A DNA stretch of 64,000 nt from Eledone cirrhosa (taxonomy: Eukaryota). Position 1 is the first letter of the stretch. Every line of letters starts with the position of its first letter. The stretch covers positions 333,932,001 through 333,996,000 of the forward strand of contig OZ024743.1 in the NCBI GenBank assembly GCA_964016885.1, read 5' to 3'. The translations under genes were made by a program, and so were the position numbers. Under the pieces are notes generated by a model. It had not been told where the DNA came from. It worked only from the letters and a program-made list of their open reading frames with translations, and ran no database searches. Below are positions 61,867 through 64,000 of the stretch, piece after piece.

Positions 61867-62048
61867 CGGTGGATTGGCAGTATCGGTAGAGGGTCGGACG
61901 CCATGCTTTCCAGCATAGTTACGTCCCTTTACAATCTGAGTTCAAATCCCGCCGAGGTTGACTTTGCCTTTCATCCTTACGGGGTCGATAAAATAAAGTA
62001 CCAGTAATGCACTGGGTAATTGCTGGCCTTGTGCCTAAAGTAGAAACA
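61867..62048 (+). mobile_element. tRNA-SINE copy with 18-bp TSD
   Basis: A box TTGGCAGTATCGG and B box GAGTTCAAATCC. ATTAATTATAGATTATTA occurs at 61849-61866 and 62049-62066. Confidence 0.85.
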
Positions 62049-62469
62049 ATTAATTATAGATTATTATTATTACTCTTATTCCATTTCTAATTACCTCATG
62101 TACTTTCTCCTCCGTTATATATATATTGTATGCCCTTTGTGTGTGTGTAGCCTCTGCACACCCTCTGCACCCTACTATCGACGCCACCCCATCTATGGCT
62201 CCACTAACCACTCGACTCCCGGGAATGAATATGACCACAGCTAGTAAACAAGGACCCACACCCCACCCTCCCGCACCAAAATTAGACTTATCGTCCCCTG
62301 CTTTTGCTCTTTACTCTCTTTACTCTTTGTTCTTGAATGTTTGGTTGGTAGAGTCCATAACACCAATCAAACCCCTTTTATAGCTCTGACGAATCCTACG
62401 GTTACGTAAGGAAGAAACATTGTAAGCCAATAAAAATCTTTTGATGTTGTAGACGCTCTTGTGTTCTTT

Positions 62470-62533
<64 letters not shown>

Positions 62534-62561
62534 AATACATACATATATATATATATATATA

Positions 62562-62592
62562 TACTAGCAGAGGTGCCCGGCGTTGCTCGGAT
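62562..62592 (+). mobile_element. Possible non-autonomous Helitron/Helentron terminus
   Basis: TACTAGCAGAGGTGCCCGGCGTTGCTCGG immediately follows (TA)n, with a short GC-rich hairpin. Confidence 0.4.
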
Positions 62593-62951
62593 ATTAAATA
62601 GCAGTTGTGTATACCATTTATGTCAATACTTCAGTGCTGCTTCGAAAACTATACTTTTACAAAATCATCGGCTTTTTCCAAAAGAGGGTTCCTGCCCCCA
62701 GGGGTCACCTACCCAATATGTGCCAATTCAACCAATCATTGATTGATTACAAAACAAAATATTTACACAGTATTCTAGATAGTCCAAGGCTCTTGAGAAG
62801 GAATATAAGAATTCTTCGATGCTCTGCACATCACTATCATAATTTAGATAAATATCCGAAAAATAAACGAAACATTCGACATTGTCATGATAATTTTTTC
62901 AATATTGGAAAATTATGGAACGATAAACAGGCACACACACATACATACACA

Positions 62952-62983
<32 letters not shown>

Positions 62984-63068
62984 TACACACACATACTTGC
63001 ACATACACATAAACGTACATACGCGCATACACATATTGTTAAGGGTGTGTGTATTTAATGCCGTACAC

Positions 63069-64000
63069 CAGTAGTCGCCAACCTTTCTAAAACCGAGGAA
63101 CCCTCTAAATATTTTGAATTCTTCACGGAACCTATACAATACAAAACTTTTCAAAAAAAATAATAAAGTGTTAATTTATTTTAGTGTTTCATGCGTGTGT
63201 ATGTAATCGAACACAATGGCTTTTCTGCTGCTGCGCCTCATCAGTGAGTTTAGAAAATCGAGGTTCAACACTAGTTAATGCCAGTCTCATACACTCGTCA
63301 AATGCTGACAGTTTATTCCTCTTCTTTGTGCAGATTTCCACCAACTGTGAAAACCCTTTTTCGCACAAATAGCTAGATGGGAATAAAGTCAAATACTTCA
63401 ATGCAAGTTGGCTGATTTCATTAAACTCCCCAATCAAGAATAAGTCGATCCATAGTTCTTTCTTTCTGCTTTCGAATATCACTTTCAGGTCTTCGTTTGA
63501 ATTCAAATCCATCAACTGATGTAAGCATTGAGCAGGTAGTAAATTTTTACAATTTCCAGCGTCATTTTCTGACACTAACTGCTCGATCTCGGTGAACGGG
63601 TTTTTTATCCATAAATTTCCGCTAACAATATCTTTTTCCATCAAGTCAAAATAATCTGAAAAGCCTGTGGAAAGCACATTTAAATGAGAAAGAATAATCT
63701 TCTTTAGATTGCTGGAGTCAAAATTTTCTCTCTTTTTAAGCTCTATTTCAAGGTTTGAAAGTAATTGTCCGATTCAATTCTTTTTATAAAGATGTTTAAT
63801 TTTGATTGAAAATATGTAATAAAATTGATTGAAGTAAAAATATCTGCATTGTTACCCTGAAGACACTTATTTAGTTTGTTCAGTTCACCAAAAATGTCTA
63901 CTAAATAAGCGAGTTGCACATTCCATTCATTGGTTTTTAATACACTTGCTCTTTCATCATTCTGTTTTTTTAGAAAAACTATTATTTCTTCTCTCAGTTC
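63069..64000 (-). mobile_element. hAT (Charlie/Buster-like) DNA transposon, 3' end; runs off the window
   Basis: TIR-like CAGTAGTCGCCAACCT at 63069. Transposase motifs include WNVQLAYLVDIFGELNKLNKCLQG upstream and an hATC dimerisation domain. Confidence 0.85.
63189..63677 (-). pseudogene. Charlie/Buster transposase C-terminus (hATC dimerisation domain), frameshifted upstream
   Basis: WIKNPF...ALKYLTLFPSSYLCEKGFS...TKKRNKL...MRLALTSVEPRFSKL...QKSH. Confidence 0.85.

Overview
This is AT-rich animal genomic DNA made almost entirely of transposable elements and microsatellites, with no host gene recognised. A coleoid cephalopod such as an octopus is inferred from the SINE family and repeat landscape. 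The main element is a very young Penelope-like element (PLE) array at about 7727-18027: two intact tandem 4133-bp units encoding a 1209-aa RT + GIY-YIG protein with an Asn-rich insert, plus an inverted 5'-truncated copy. The window also holds two further PLE relics, three Tx1-like L1-clade LINEs, an RTE LINE ending in three C2H2-like fingers, R4/Dong-like RLE retrotransposons, a Charlie/Buster hAT transposase, tRNA-SINEs and Tc1/mariner-type mini-MITEs. Manual folding shows more than 12 type-I hammerhead ribozyme (HHR) motifs, mostly in small (TA)n-flanked fold-back elements. These include a U3-A8 core variant family and a ~430-bp non-coding HHR monomer that looks like a retrozyme with an snRNA-type octamer. 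The first unit of the intact PLE begins almost exactly at its predicted HHR cleavage site. Each retroelement family sits in its own microsatellite type. All HHR calls were folded by eye and are untested.
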